Positions 8,106 to 17,057 of a DNA stretch of 18,409 bases are shown here, in pieces; positions within the stretch are counted from its first letter, which is position 1; each line of letters begins with the position of its first letter. A program made the translations under genes and the position numbers. The notes under the pieces are model-generated. The model did not search any database. It was not told where the DNA came from and was given only the letters and a program-made list of their open reading frames with translations. The stretch comes from an uncultured Planctomycetales bacterium (GTDB lineage Bacteria > Planctomycetota > Phycisphaerae > UBA1845 > PWPN01): assembly GCA_964642815.1 (NCBI GenBank), contig CAZXSA010000086.1, positions 1 through 18,409 on the forward strand, in the 5' to 3' direction.

Positions 8106-9296
8106 ATGATGCCTAATAGAATGAAAAGTATAGATAAAATAATTTGTGCCACAGCTTCCCTGGCAGCCTTGTTTGTGGGTGGCGCTTGTCAGGCTCCACC
8201 GGAGCCTATCGTTGAGCCGGTGGTGGTTCAGGCTCCGCCACCGGAACCGAGCATGAATGTCACCGCCGATGCGCATTTAACCCTGTTCGGTGAGTTGCCG
8301 GAACGAACGCGTATCCCTTTCCGTCCGCAAGCATCCGCGCCAATGGCCCAGCATTCCTTCACCACCGAAGGGGCGGATTTCGACGTGGACCTTTCTCCTG
8401 ACGGAAAATGGATGGTGTATGCCTCCACCCGGAACACCGTGCAGCCGGATATCTATCTCAAGTCGGTTGACGGCCTCGCGGTCACTCAGTTGACCTCGGA
8501 CCCCGCCGCCGATGTCCAACCCTGCTTCAGCCCGGACGGCAAGAGCATCGCCTTCGCCAGTTATCGTTCGGGTAATTGGGATATATGGATGATTGGTTTG
8601 GAGGGGGGGCAGGCGACCCAGGTTACTTTCTCCCCGCATCATGAGATTCATCCTTCTTTCGCTCCCGATGGCCGGCGGTTGGTTTTCTGTATGTTCAACC
8701 AGCGGGCCGAGCAATGGGAAATTTGCACGTTGCAATTGGACCAACCCGGCTCGCAAAAAACGGTCGGGATCGGCCTGTTCCCCAAGTGGTCGCCGGTCGA
8801 GGACAGCATCGTTTATCAGAAGGCGCGGCAACGTGGCGGACGCTGGTTCAGCATCTGGCGCATGGACTTGGTCATGGGCGAGCCGCGTTTCCCGATCGAG
8901 CTGGCGGCCAGCGCCGAGATGGCCCTTATCCAGCCGAGTTGGAGCCCCGACGGGGCTTGGGTCACCTATGGGACGGCCATGCTGGGTAGCCCCGGGCAGC
9001 CACCGGAAGAGACGCTTAGCCCGGTGGCCTCGCGTGGCGACATTTGGATCATGCGAAGCGATGGCACCTCGAATATGTGCTTGACCGACGGGGCCAGTGC
9101 CCATTTTGGGCCGGCCTGGAGTTCCGATAATCGGGTTTATTTTACGAGCCTTCAGGGTGGGGTCGAAAATGTATGGTCCGTCAGACCTTCGTTTCAGGAA
9201 GGGTTGCAAGTGCATCAACCGACGAAGGATAGCGCAGCCCATATACCCAACCGTGGCGTAGGAACTCGAAATGAGCAGGGGGGGCAGGGCGGGTAA
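8106..9296 (+). CDS. PD40/TolB-like beta-propeller (WD40-like) lipoprotein
   Basis: Signal peptide 'MMPNRMKSIDKIICATASLAALFVGGAC'. Repeated PD40-type units ('DLSPDGKWMVYAS', 'PCFSPDGKSIAFAS', 'PSFAPDGRRLVF', 'PSWSPDGAWVTYG', 'PAWSSDNRVYFTS'). ATG-ATG at 8106 after 'ggga'. Confidence 0.8.
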   Translation: MMPNRMKSIDKIICATASLAALFVGGACQAPPEPIVEPVVVQAPPPEPSMNVTADAHLTLFGELPERTRIPFRPQASAPMAQHSFTTEGADFDVDLSPDGKWMVYASTRNTVQPDIYLKSVDGLAVTQLTSDPAADVQPCFSPDGKSIAFASYRSGNWDIWMIGLEGGQATQVTFSPHHEIHPSFAPDGRRLVFCMFNQRAEQWEICTLQLDQPGSQKTVGIGLFPKWSPVEDSIVYQKARQRGGRWFSIWRMDLVMGEPRFPIELAASAEMALIQPSWSPDGAWVTYGTAMLGSPGQPPEETLSPVASRGDIWIMRSDGTSNMCLTDGASAHFGPAWSSDNRVYFTSLQGGVENVWSVRPSFQEGLQVHQPTKDSAAHIPNRGVGTRNEQGGQGG

Positions 9297-9430
9297 ACAA
9301 ATGGAAATCAGGACTTCAGGTTCAAGGTGGTCCTGAAAGTAGACGAAGTTATTTCTGTCGTTCCGTCGCGAAGAACACCGGCGGGGCGATCCCGTGACGG
9401 AAAGAATTCGCCAACGGGCCGAGAAAAGGG

Positions 9431-10186
9431 ATGAGGCGTCGATCAAGGATGATCGGAGCGAAAAGACATATTACCGTTTGCATGACGAGCCTGCTCGTTT
9501 GTGGGTGGTTCGGCTGCTCGCATGGAGACGCGAATAAAGGAGCGCGGGGCGAGTTATATGTAACTCGACCGATCACGATGGCCGTGGCCCCGGCGCTGAA
9601 TCATAGCGGGAGCTCGGCATTCGACGAAATAAAAGTCGCGGACTTGATGGCCAGTGAATTAGGCGACGTCCGCGGGCTCCGGGTCATCGGAGTCAACCGG
9701 GTTCTGGCGGTCTTAGCGGAGCAAGGCGTTGACCAGATTTTATCACCCCAGCATGCCCTGGCCGTCTGCGAAAGACTGGGCGCGGATGTCATCCTGGTCT
9801 TTGCCATCACCGAATACGACCCCTATACGCCGGTCGTGGGCATGGCCGTCCAGTTATACGGCCACCGCTCCAGCGGGCCGATGTTGGATCCCGTGGCCAC
9901 CTCGCGAATGGCCCGGCCCTTCCCGGTCGACCCTGACCGGGAGGCAACTCGACCCTGGGGACAGATGCAACGCACGTTTAATGCCGCCCATGAGGCGGTT
10001 CGGGATGAAGTCGAGGATTACGCAAAGAACCACGGCGCGGACGAGGGGCCGTATCGCTGGCGGAAATATCTGGCCAGCCAGGAACTGTATGTACGGTTCT
10101 GTTGTCATGCCGCGGCCCGGGAGTTGATGGAGCAGTTGGAAGGGAATGGTAGTTCGGCCTTGGCTCAGGCCACCGCCGGTCAATAA
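9431..10186 (+). CDS. Putative lipoprotein with TolB-N/LpoB/CsgG-like alpha/beta domain pattern
   Basis: N-region 'MRRRSRMIGAKRH', then hydrophobic 'ITVCMTSLLVCGWFGCS' ending in a Cys. 'PITMAVAPALNHSG...ELGDVRGLRVIGVNRVLAVLAEQGVDQILSPQ..LGADVILVFAITEY' matches the periodic pattern of those domains. Confidence 0.5.
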   Translation: MRRRSRMIGAKRHITVCMTSLLVCGWFGCSHGDANKGARGELYVTRPITMAVAPALNHSGSSAFDEIKVADLMASELGDVRGLRVIGVNRVLAVLAEQGVDQILSPQHALAVCERLGADVILVFAITEYDPYTPVVGMAVQLYGHRSSGPMLDPVATSRMARPFPVDPDREATRPWGQMQRTFNAAHEAVRDEVEDYAKNHGADEGPYRWRKYLASQELYVRFCCHAAARELMEQLEGNGSSALAQATAGQ

Positions 10187-10195
10187 GGAGTATCA

Positions 10196-10405
10196 GTGAT
10201 GACTTTGCTTCGACAGCTCTCGTTGGTGAAAGGGGAACATCGGTATGTATTCCGTTACCCCGCGGGGCGGGAAGCGGATGTGGTGGCGGCCTTCGCGGAT
10301 TTAGCCGCCGATGTTGACCAGGGCTTCGATTGGTTCGATGCCGCGGTTTTGAGTTATCAGATGGGTCGTCGTCTCGAGATGGACCTCGAGGAAGTTAAAG
10401 CCTGA
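10196..10405 (+). CDS. Small hypothetical protein (69 aa), translationally coupled to the upstream lipoprotein gene
   Basis: Strong 'aaggag' RBS 5-8 nt before GTG(10196)/ATG(10199). Starts 10 bp after the previous stop. No recognisable motif. Confidence 0.45.
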   Translation: MMTLLRQLSLVKGEHRYVFRYPAGREADVVAAFADLAADVDQGFDWFDAAVLSYQMGRRLEMDLEEVKA

Positions 10406-10457
10406 AGGAGCGAAGGATCGGGGAGAAGAACCTGAGGTCTTTCGGTCTCGAGCCAGG

Positions 10458-11510
10458 TTGGAAATGGAAACTTTCGCCGCTGATGCTGGTAGTATTATGA
10501 ACGAGAACAAATTGATCGATGAATTTTTGAATTACCTCCGGTTCGAGCGGCATTTTTCGCCGCACACGGCCAAGTGTTACGCGGCCGACCTGAATCAGTT
10601 CTGCGAATTCATCGCGGAACACGGGGGTTCCGCGGGCGAGTTGCCCGGATCGTCGGGCGGTTTCAGTATGTCCGATGGCGGAGGCACGGCGGTAGCCGTC
10701 GCGCCACCGGCGACGGGCACATCCACGATGGCCGTGGTTTCCCGTGAGATACTGCTGGGCATCGAAACCGAGGACGTGCGCCGCTTCCTGGCGTTCCTGC
10801 GCGATCAGGAATACTCCAAGAGCACCACGGCCCGCAAGCTGGCCACCCTCCGCAGTTTCTTCAAGTTCTGTTTGAAACGCGGCTACGTGCCCAGCAATCC
10901 GCTGTCCCCCATTCGCACTCCCAAGCAGGACAAACGCCTGCCCAAATTCCTCGGCGAGGAAGAGGTGCGCAAACTTCTGGAAACCCCGGAAGTGAATACG
11001 CTACTCGGCGCCCGCGACCGGGCCATGCTCGAAACCATGTATTCCACCGGCGTGCGGGTCAGCGAGCTGGTCGATCTGAACATCGAGGATGTCGATTTTG
11101 TCGGCGAGGCTCTGCATATCCGCGGCAAGGGCAAGAAGGAAAGGGTGACACCGATTTCCCCGACCGCCCTGGCCTGGATCAAGCGGTACATGGAGTTGCG
11201 TCGGGCCGATGCCCGGGCGGCCGCGTTCGATCAGCAGGCCGTCTTTGTCAACAAGCACGGCCAGCGGCTCAGTACCCGCAGCGTACGTCGCAAGCTGGAC
11301 AAGTACCTGGCCATCGCCGGGTTGCCGCCGGATGTTTCGCCGCATACTCTGCGGCATAGTTTCGCCACCCACATGCTCAATCGCGGGGCCGATCTGCGCA
11401 GCGTCCAGGAGTTGCTCGGACACCAGTCGCTCTCGACCACGCAGATTTACACGCACTTGACCACCGAACGAATGAAGCAGGTCTACGATCAGGCCCATCC
11501 GCGAGCCTGA
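10458..11510 (+). CDS. Tyrosine site-specific recombinase, XerC/XerD family, with a low-complexity insertion in the N-terminal domain
   Basis: N-terminal core-binding domain 'LIDEFLNYLRFERHFSPHTAKCYAADLNQF'. Catalytic domain 'ARDRAMLETMYSTGVRVSELVDL...HIRGKGKKER...HTLRHSFATHMLNRGADLRSVQELLGHQSLSTTQIYTHLTTERMKQVYDQAHPRA' carries the R..HxxR..Y residues. The start may instead be Met 10497 ('MNENKLIDEF'). Confidence 0.9.
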   Translation: MEMETFAADAGSIMNENKLIDEFLNYLRFERHFSPHTAKCYAADLNQFCEFIAEHGGSAGELPGSSGGFSMSDGGGTAVAVAPPATGTSTMAVVSREILLGIETEDVRRFLAFLRDQEYSKSTTARKLATLRSFFKFCLKRGYVPSNPLSPIRTPKQDKRLPKFLGEEEVRKLLETPEVNTLLGARDRAMLETMYSTGVRVSELVDLNIEDVDFVGEALHIRGKGKKERVTPISPTALAWIKRYMELRRADARAAAFDQQAVFVNKHGQRLSTRSVRRKLDKYLAIAGLPPDVSPHTLRHSFATHMLNRGADLRSVQELLGHQSLSTTQIYTHLTTERMKQVYDQAHPRA

Positions 11511-11539
11511 GAACGGAATCATTATCGTTGACCGATACC

Positions 11540-11571
11540 GGGAGACACCGAGGGGTGTCTCCCTTTGTTTT
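11540..11571 (+). terminator. Rho-independent terminator after the recombinase gene
   Basis: Perfect 10-bp stem 'gggagacacc' / 'ggtgtctccc' with loop 'gagg', followed by 'tttgtttt'. Confidence 0.75.
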
Positions 11572-11703
11572 GGCTCCATGATTCGATTGAGCAAGTATGA
11601 GAACATGGTGGAATCATGATTATGGGTTGTCTTTTCGGCATTACTATTCGCCGTCCTTCGGTTTTCATTACTTTCCGGCAATCCCCAGAAGTTACCGACA
11701 TGG

Positions 11704-12738
11704 TCAGGGAGCAAGGGTCACTTTCATGCGCGCCAGGGTGTTGGGGCTGGTCAGATAGACATAATAAAGCCAGAAGCATTTTCCCGTTTCGGACTCGCCG
11801 TTGATCCCGACGAGACTGGGATAGAGCGTCAGTTTTGGAAAGGTTTGCGGCACCGGAATCAATTGTTCGTTTAATCGTTTCCAGTCTAAGCCATTATCGG
11901 AAACCTTGAGCACAAGGTGGCGGTTGGCCTCGCCTTTGAAGTCGGCATCGACGGCCAGCCATTTTTTCAGATAGGAATTCCATACCACGAAAGCGGCATA
12001 CCTCAGACCCCGCAGCGGGGTGCCGTTTCCCTCCATCGCCGGTACGGAGAAAGAGCCTTCAATATCGGCCGCATCCTTGCGTTTAAAACGCCTCCATGTG
12101 CCCGGAAGTCCTTTGTCATCAAAAGCGGACATGGCGAGATGCTCGCCGTCGGTTTGGCCGAAATACAGGAAAAGACCACCCGGCATGATGGTCAGGTGCG
12201 CGTCACCGGCATAATCTTTGCCGTTTTGGCCGGTGATGATTCTGTTGTTCGGATGATTTGGCTTTACCCAATTCTTACCACCGTCGTCCGAGTAGGCATA
12301 GCCAAGAGAGGCCCGATTTCGCGTTGCCAGGATGGGATTATCCCTGACTTCGCCATGATAATAGCCATGCAATCGGCCGGACGGATCCTCGTAGATTCCG
12401 TTCAGCCACGCGCCTAATTCATCCCAGTCCCCCTTCGCACCCATCACGAGCCCATCCATGTTCTCCCGATGGATGATCCGGGAACTGACCGCATCCGTCG
12501 TCCGACAGGTCTTGTCGCTGGGCAGAACTCCGTAAGTCTGCCCGCGCCATGAATAGGTGAAATAGGGGCTGTCGATCCAGAAATCCTTCGGCGCATAGAT
12601 GATTTCTTCGGGGCCCAGCACGCAAGTGTAGTTGTTATTACGCGAACTCGGCCCCGTACAAGCCGGGTTCATGAGTACAAGGGCCACGATAACCAACAAT
12701 CGTATGGAAAAGCATCCCGACCGACGGGCCATGCCCAT
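11704..12738 (-). CDS. Secreted BNR/Asp-box-containing protein (sialidase-like or glycoside-hydrolase-like beta-propeller, guess)
   Basis: Signal peptide 'MGMARRSGCFSIRLLVIVALVLMNPAC'. Asp-box-like 'YSDDGGKNW' and 'VSDNGLDWKR'. The ORF track extends to 12795 (GTG), but ATG 12738 precedes the signal peptide. Confidence 0.55.
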   Translation of the reverse strand: MGMARRSGCFSIRLLVIVALVLMNPACTGPSSRNNNYTCVLGPEEIIYAPKDFWIDSPYFTYSWRGQTYGVLPSDKTCRTTDAVSSRIIHRENMDGLVMGAKGDWDELGAWLNGIYEDPSGRLHGYYHGEVRDNPILATRNRASLGYAYSDDGGKNWVKPNHPNNRIITGQNGKDYAGDAHLTIMPGGLFLYFGQTDGEHLAMSAFDDKGLPGTWRRFKRKDAADIEGSFSVPAMEGNGTPLRGLRYAAFVVWNSYLKKWLAVDADFKGEANRHLVLKVSDNGLDWKRLNEQLIPVPQTFPKLTLYPSLVGINGESETGKCFWLYYVYLTSPNTLARMKVTLAP

Positions 12739-12832
12739 CGAAACAAAAACAAGGTGAATTTTGCCGCTAACGCCCATTTTTCGCTTTTCCAGCACCTCAT
12801 CGCCAACTGTCTGATACTTCCGCCTTCATGCT

Positions 12833-14203
12833 TTACTGACCAATCGGCTGATCCGATACCCCCAGTGACCAAGGTTCACGATAATGCTTGCTCACCCATT
12901 CGTTGGCTTGAGGATCGTCGATGACTTGCTCTTTTTCGGCGTCCCAGCGTATGGCGCGACCGGTACGCCAGGCGATGTTCATCAGGTGCCCGGGATTGCT
13001 CGAGTAGTGGCCGTCCTCGATGGTGCCGATGCCCTCCCGTTTTTCCATCCTCTGGAATAGATCGCGAAAACGGTCGGCGGTGGCCTTGAGTTGGTTCGGG
13101 CAGCCGTCGCCGCCGTCGGCCAGGGATCGCTCCTCAATGACTTTCTTGCCCTGGCGGGTTTCGGAATAAATTTCGTAACCTTCGCGACTAAGTACCATGG
13201 TACCGTTCGAGCCGTGAAAAGCCTTGCCGTGCTGGCGGTTTTCGATCAGGCGCATGTTCGCGCAACGGCAGGTGTAGGCCATCAGGAACCCCTTCTTCGC
13301 CACCGGCCCCGGACCGTACTCGCAGCAGCCATCGAAGGTGTCCGGCCAGTCCCAGTTGTCGTTCAGCACGAACTTGCGACCCGAAGCGCTGGCCGCGATG
13401 GGGGCGGTCACGCCCATCGCCCAATGCACGATGTCGTAGTGATGCACCGCCCAGTCCAATTGCCAGCCGCCGCCGTAATCAAAGAACCAGTAGTGATTAG
13501 CCAACCGATTCTTGTTGAATTTCACCGCCGGTGACGGTCCAACCCAGAAATCCCAGTCGAGCTCCGGTGGCGGATCGCTGTCCGGCGGGCAGCCCGCTCC
13601 GGGATAGTAATTCTCCACGTCCCAGACATGCACGTAGGAAATATCGCCCAGCCGGCCGGAGCGGACAATCTCCACTGCCTGCTGATACATGGGCCACATT
13701 CTCTGTTGGGTGCCGACCTGAATGATCCGGCCGTATTTCCTGGCCGCGTTGATCGCCGCCCGTCCTTCGTTGATCCGCGTGCCAACGGGTTTTTCGATGT
13801 AAACGTCCTTGCCCGCCCGGCAGGCGTCAATGGCCGGTAACACATGCCAGTGTCCGTTGGTGCAAACGATGACCGCATCGATTGACGGGTCTTCAAGCAT
13901 CTTGCGATAGTCATGATAAGTCCGCGGCTTGCCCTCGCAGACCTTATGTAGCGCCTCCAGCCGACTTTGATGAACGTCACAGATCGACGCCAGTTCCGCT
14001 TCCTTCGCCAACTGCGCGCGGATGATATTCTGCAACTGCATACCCCGCCCGCCGCAGCCGATCATCCCCAGCCGCACCTTGCCATTAACCCCGCTTTTCG
14101 GGGCGGCTACGGCCTGCATCGCCCTGGCTCCGATCAATCCTGCGCCGATGACCGTGGGGGTAACGGTTTCAAGGAATCCGCGTCGTGTAACTTTGTTACT
14201 CAT
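12833..14203 (-). CDS. Tat-exported Gfo/Idh/MocA-family NAD(P)-dependent oxidoreductase
   Basis: Twin-arginine motif 'MSNKVTRRGFLETV'. Rossmann 'VRLGMIGCGGRGMQ'. Typical Gfo/Idh/MocA N-domain and C-terminal domain. GGAGG 8 nt upstream of ATG 14203. The ORF-track start at 14329 is probably spurious. Confidence 0.85.
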   Translation of the reverse strand: MSNKVTRRGFLETVTPTVIGAGLIGARAMQAVAAPKSGVNGKVRLGMIGCGGRGMQLQNIIRAQLAKEAELASICDVHQSRLEALHKVCEGKPRTYHDYRKMLEDPSIDAVIVCTNGHWHVLPAIDACRAGKDVYIEKPVGTRINEGRAAINAARKYGRIIQVGTQQRMWPMYQQAVEIVRSGRLGDISYVHVWDVENYYPGAGCPPDSDPPPELDWDFWVGPSPAVKFNKNRLANHYWFFDYGGGWQLDWAVHHYDIVHWAMGVTAPIAASASGRKFVLNDNWDWPDTFDGCCEYGPGPVAKKGFLMAYTCRCANMRLIENRQHGKAFHGSNGTMVLSREGYEIYSETRQGKKVIEERSLADGGDGCPNQLKATADRFRDLFQRMEKREGIGTIEDGHYSSNPGHLMNIAWRTGRAIRWDAEKEQVIDDPQANEWVSKHYREPWSLGVSDQPIGQ

Positions 14204-14344
14204 TGTGCAACCTCCGAATGACTTCTTTGGGTCTGGTAATTGTTTCGATAATAAAATGAGACCATATCCTTGTTTTGCCCATGGGTAGGCTAACCCTTTC
14301 CGAATGTGCCCAAAGGAATTTGCAAACAAATACTGAATAGCGCA

Positions 14345-14680
14345 TTATTCGCGGAGAATCTGTTCCACCTGCTGTTTCAAAACGGGAAGCTTTTCCCGAA
14401 CAACATCCCAGAGTATGGTCGCATCAATGCCAAAATAGGCATGAATTAAAATATCGCGTAAACCAGCGATTTTCTTCCACTCCACTTCGACGTGTCGTTG
14501 CCGGACGGGCAGAGGAACTTTTTTTATGGCTTCGCCCACAATTTCGAGGTTACGAGCTACAGCATCAACCGTTTTCTCGTCCCGTATAAAAGTATCAAAC
14601 GTAATATTTTCGACATAGCGATCAATCTTTTCGATCGCATTAAGAACATCTTCCAGGTAAACGTTATAATCCCGAGGCAT
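14345..14680 (-). CDS. hepT: HepT-family (HEPN, DUF86) toxin of a HepT/MNT toxin-antitoxin pair
   Basis: 'MPRDYNVYLEDVLNAIEKI' N-terminus. Rx4HxY HEPN motif 'RDILIHAY'. 111 aa. Overlaps the upstream MNT gene by 17 nt. Confidence 0.85.
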   Translation of the reverse strand: MPRDYNVYLEDVLNAIEKIDRYVENITFDTFIRDEKTVDAVARNLEIVGEAIKKVPLPVRQRHVEVEWKKIAGLRDILIHAYFGIDATILWDVVREKLPVLKQQVEQILRE

Positions 14681-14963
14681 ATATCGTCTCGCCTAATATG
14701 GCTTCGCGGAGTCGCGGCTTGATGGAGTCGCTGATGACCAGATCAACAGGTCGGTCGAAAAGTCCTTCAAGAAACTCTTTCACTTCCATATAGGAATCGA
14801 AAGATTTACGCTCAAAATCCACTACGAAGTCGAGATCACTATCGTCCAGCGATTCTCCCCGAGCACATGACCCAAACAAACCCAATCGGCGAACTCCCAA
14901 TTGCCTCAGGTCTGTTTGATGGTCTTCCAGGGTTTTCAGAATTTCATCCCGGCCATACGGCAT
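14664..14963 (-). CDS. mntA: MNT-family minimal nucleotidyltransferase antitoxin
   Basis: 'GLFGSCARGESLDDSDLDFVV' is the GSx9-13DxD polymerase-beta NTase motif. 99 aa. GAGGATGA RBS. Confidence 0.85.
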   Translation of the reverse strand: MPYGRDEILKTLEDHQTDLRQLGVRRLGLFGSCARGESLDDSDLDFVVDFERKSFDSYMEVKEFLEGLFDRPVDLVISDSIKPRLREAILGETIYASGL

Positions 14964-15042
14964 CGCTCATCCTCGTCTGATCATTATAAATCAGGTCGGG
15001 CCGTCAATCCAGACCGGCCTTTGATTGTGCAAGAGGAGTCGG

Positions 15043-16242
15043 CTATTTCCCTTCAAGCCGGGCCTGGGCGGCGGCCATTTCCTCGGCGGTTGGCGCTCGG
15101 CCGGAGTTCATCATGTCGATGAAACAGTCGAACAGGTAGGTGGCATCGTGCGGACCGGGGCTGGCTTCCGGATGATATTGCACGGAGAAGATGGGCATGT
15201 CCCGATGCATGAAGCCCTCCAACGTGTGGTCGTTGAGGTTCTCGTGCGTGGGTACCCCGCCGACTTTACGCAGCGATTCGGTCTCGACGGCGAATCCATG
15301 ATTCTGGCTGGTGATTTCCACGCGCCGGGTGGCCAGGTTCATCACCGGCTGGTTGCCGCCGCGATGGCCGAACTTGAGCTTGTAAGTTTTGGCGCCCAAC
15401 GCCAAACTCAGTAGCTGATGCCCCAGGCAGATGCCGAAAATCGGCACCTTGCCGAGCAATCCGCGCAAGGCTTCGATGGCGTAATCCAGCGGTTCCGGAT
15501 CGCCCGGCCCGTTGCTGACGAAAACTCCATCCGGCTTCTGTTCCAGCATGGCCTCGGCCGGTGTGTTGGGCGGCACCACGGTAACATGGCACCCCGTTTC
15601 GACAAGATTACGCAGGATGTTCCGCTTGATGCCGCAGTCGATGGCCAATACGCGACGGCTGCTCCCGCCGCCATGCCGATGGGGCATGGCGAAGGAGCTT
15701 TCAAACCCACTGGTCCATTCCACGGCCTTCGCCGGAGCCACGCGCTGAACCATGTCCTGCCCGACCAATCCGGGCCAGGCCTGCGCGCGTGCGACAAGGG
15801 CGGCGTCATCGAGTATTTCGGTCGAGATCGAACCGCGCAAAGCGCCTTGGATCCGCAACTTTCGGGTGATTGCCCGCGTGTCAACGCCTTCGATGGCCAC
15901 TACGCCGTGTTGCTGGAGATAATCCTCCAGGGCGGCGGTCGCTCGGAAGTTGCTGCGCCTCCGGGCCAGTTCCTTGATAACAAACCCCTCGACCTGCGGT
16001 CCGCGCGATTCGATGTCCTCGATATTGATCCCATAGTTACCGATGAGCGGGTACGTCATGGTCACGATCTGGCCGACATAGGAGGGGTCGGTGAGGATTT
16101 CCTGGTAGCCGGCCATTGACGTATTGAAGCAGACTTCTCCGTCGTGCGTACCGTCCGCGCCGAAGGCCTCGCCGGTAAAGATTGTCCCGTCCTCCAGGGC
16201 CAGTTTGCATGGGCGATTGGGCATGAGTTTGGTTCTCGACAA
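15043..16242 (-). CDS. carA: Carbamoyl-phosphate synthase small (glutamine amidotransferase) subunit
   Basis: 'ALEDGTIFTGEAFGADGTHDGEVCFNTSMAGYQEILTDPSYVGQIVTMTYPLIGNYGIN' plus GATase domain 'IFGICLGHQLLSLALGAKTYKLKFGHRG'. Confidence 0.9.
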   Translation of the reverse strand: MSRTKLMPNRPCKLALEDGTIFTGEAFGADGTHDGEVCFNTSMAGYQEILTDPSYVGQIVTMTYPLIGNYGINIEDIESRGPQVEGFVIKELARRRSNFRATAALEDYLQQHGVVAIEGVDTRAITRKLRIQGALRGSISTEILDDAALVARAQAWPGLVGQDMVQRVAPAKAVEWTSGFESSFAMPHRHGGGSSRRVLAIDCGIKRNILRNLVETGCHVTVVPPNTPAEAMLEQKPDGVFVSNGPGDPEPLDYAIEALRGLLGKVPIFGICLGHQLLSLALGAKTYKLKFGHRGGNQPVMNLATRRVEITSQNHGFAVETESLRKVGGVPTHENLNDHTLEGFMHRDMPIFSVQYHPEASPGPHDATYLFDCFIDMMNSGRAPTAEEMAAAQARLEGK

Positions 16243-16319
16243 TAATGCAATATTTCCGGTTCCGCCATCTGGAAACCGCGGACTATTATATCACCGGATG
16301 AATATTTTGGCAGGGTGAA

Positions 16320-17057
16320 TCATATAACGCCCTCGAACAGAGCCGTGCCGATACGCACCATGGTTGCCCCCTCCTCGATGGCTACCTCGAAGTCGTTGCT
16401 CATGCCCATGCTCAACTCGCGGAATGCGGGGCCGACCACCTTCTCGTAACGCATATCCTCGAAAACCTCCCGCAAGCGGACAAAATAAGGGCGGGCCTTC
16501 TCGGGATCTTCCATCCACGGAGCCATGGCCATCAAACCGACGACCTTCAAGCCCGGCAGGTTTTCGATCGAACGGGCGAAATGCACCGCCGCCCCGACGG
16601 CGATCCCAAACTTGCTCTTTTCGTTGGCGATATTGACCTCGATCAGCGCGGGAACGATGCGGTTCAATTTCTCGGCTTCGACGCTGATTTCCTCGGCCAG
16701 GCGCAGGCTATCCAGCGAATGGATGGTATGCGCCCAAGGCAGCAGCATCCGCACCTTGTTCCGCTGGAGGTGTCCGATCATGTGCCAATTCGGATCGGGA
16801 GGCGCGTTTTCCGGTTCCAGCTTCCGCCGTCGGGAAAGGTGTTCGCAGATCATCCCGGCCCGTTTGATTAAGGCCTGTACCCGGCTTTCCCCGAAATCGA
16901 ACAAACCACTATCCATGGCACTGCGGATGATATCGACCTCTACCGTTTTGGTAACCGCGATGAGTTTGATATCCTCCAAACGCCGGCCGCTACGCGCGCA
17001 GGCCTGCTGCATTCGGTCCCGCACGCGTTTGAGATTGTCGGTCAGTTTTCTTCGCAT
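16320..17057 (-). CDS. yggS: YggS-family pyridoxal-phosphate homeostasis protein
   Basis: 'LIAVTKTVEVDIIRSAMDSGLFDFGESRVQ' (PLP-binding Lys), 'HMIGHLQRNKV', and ~245 aa length are typical of the YggS/PROSC family. Confidence 0.85.
   Translation of the reverse strand: MRRKLTDNLKRVRDRMQQACARSGRRLEDIKLIAVTKTVEVDIIRSAMDSGLFDFGESRVQALIKRAGMICEHLSRRRKLEPENAPPDPNWHMIGHLQRNKVRMLLPWAHTIHSLDSLRLAEEISVEAEKLNRIVPALIEVNIANEKSKFGIAVGAAVHFARSIENLPGLKVVGLMAMAPWMEDPEKARPYFVRLREVFEDMRYEKVVGPAFRELSMGMSNDFEVAIEEGATMVRIGTALFEGVI

Noticed and set aside
14964-15042. Hairpin or terminator for carA in the carA-MNT spacer (ggccggtctgg / ggcccgacc).
   Set aside because: Imperfect pairing and no T-tract on the minus strand. 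More likely promoter space for the TA pair.
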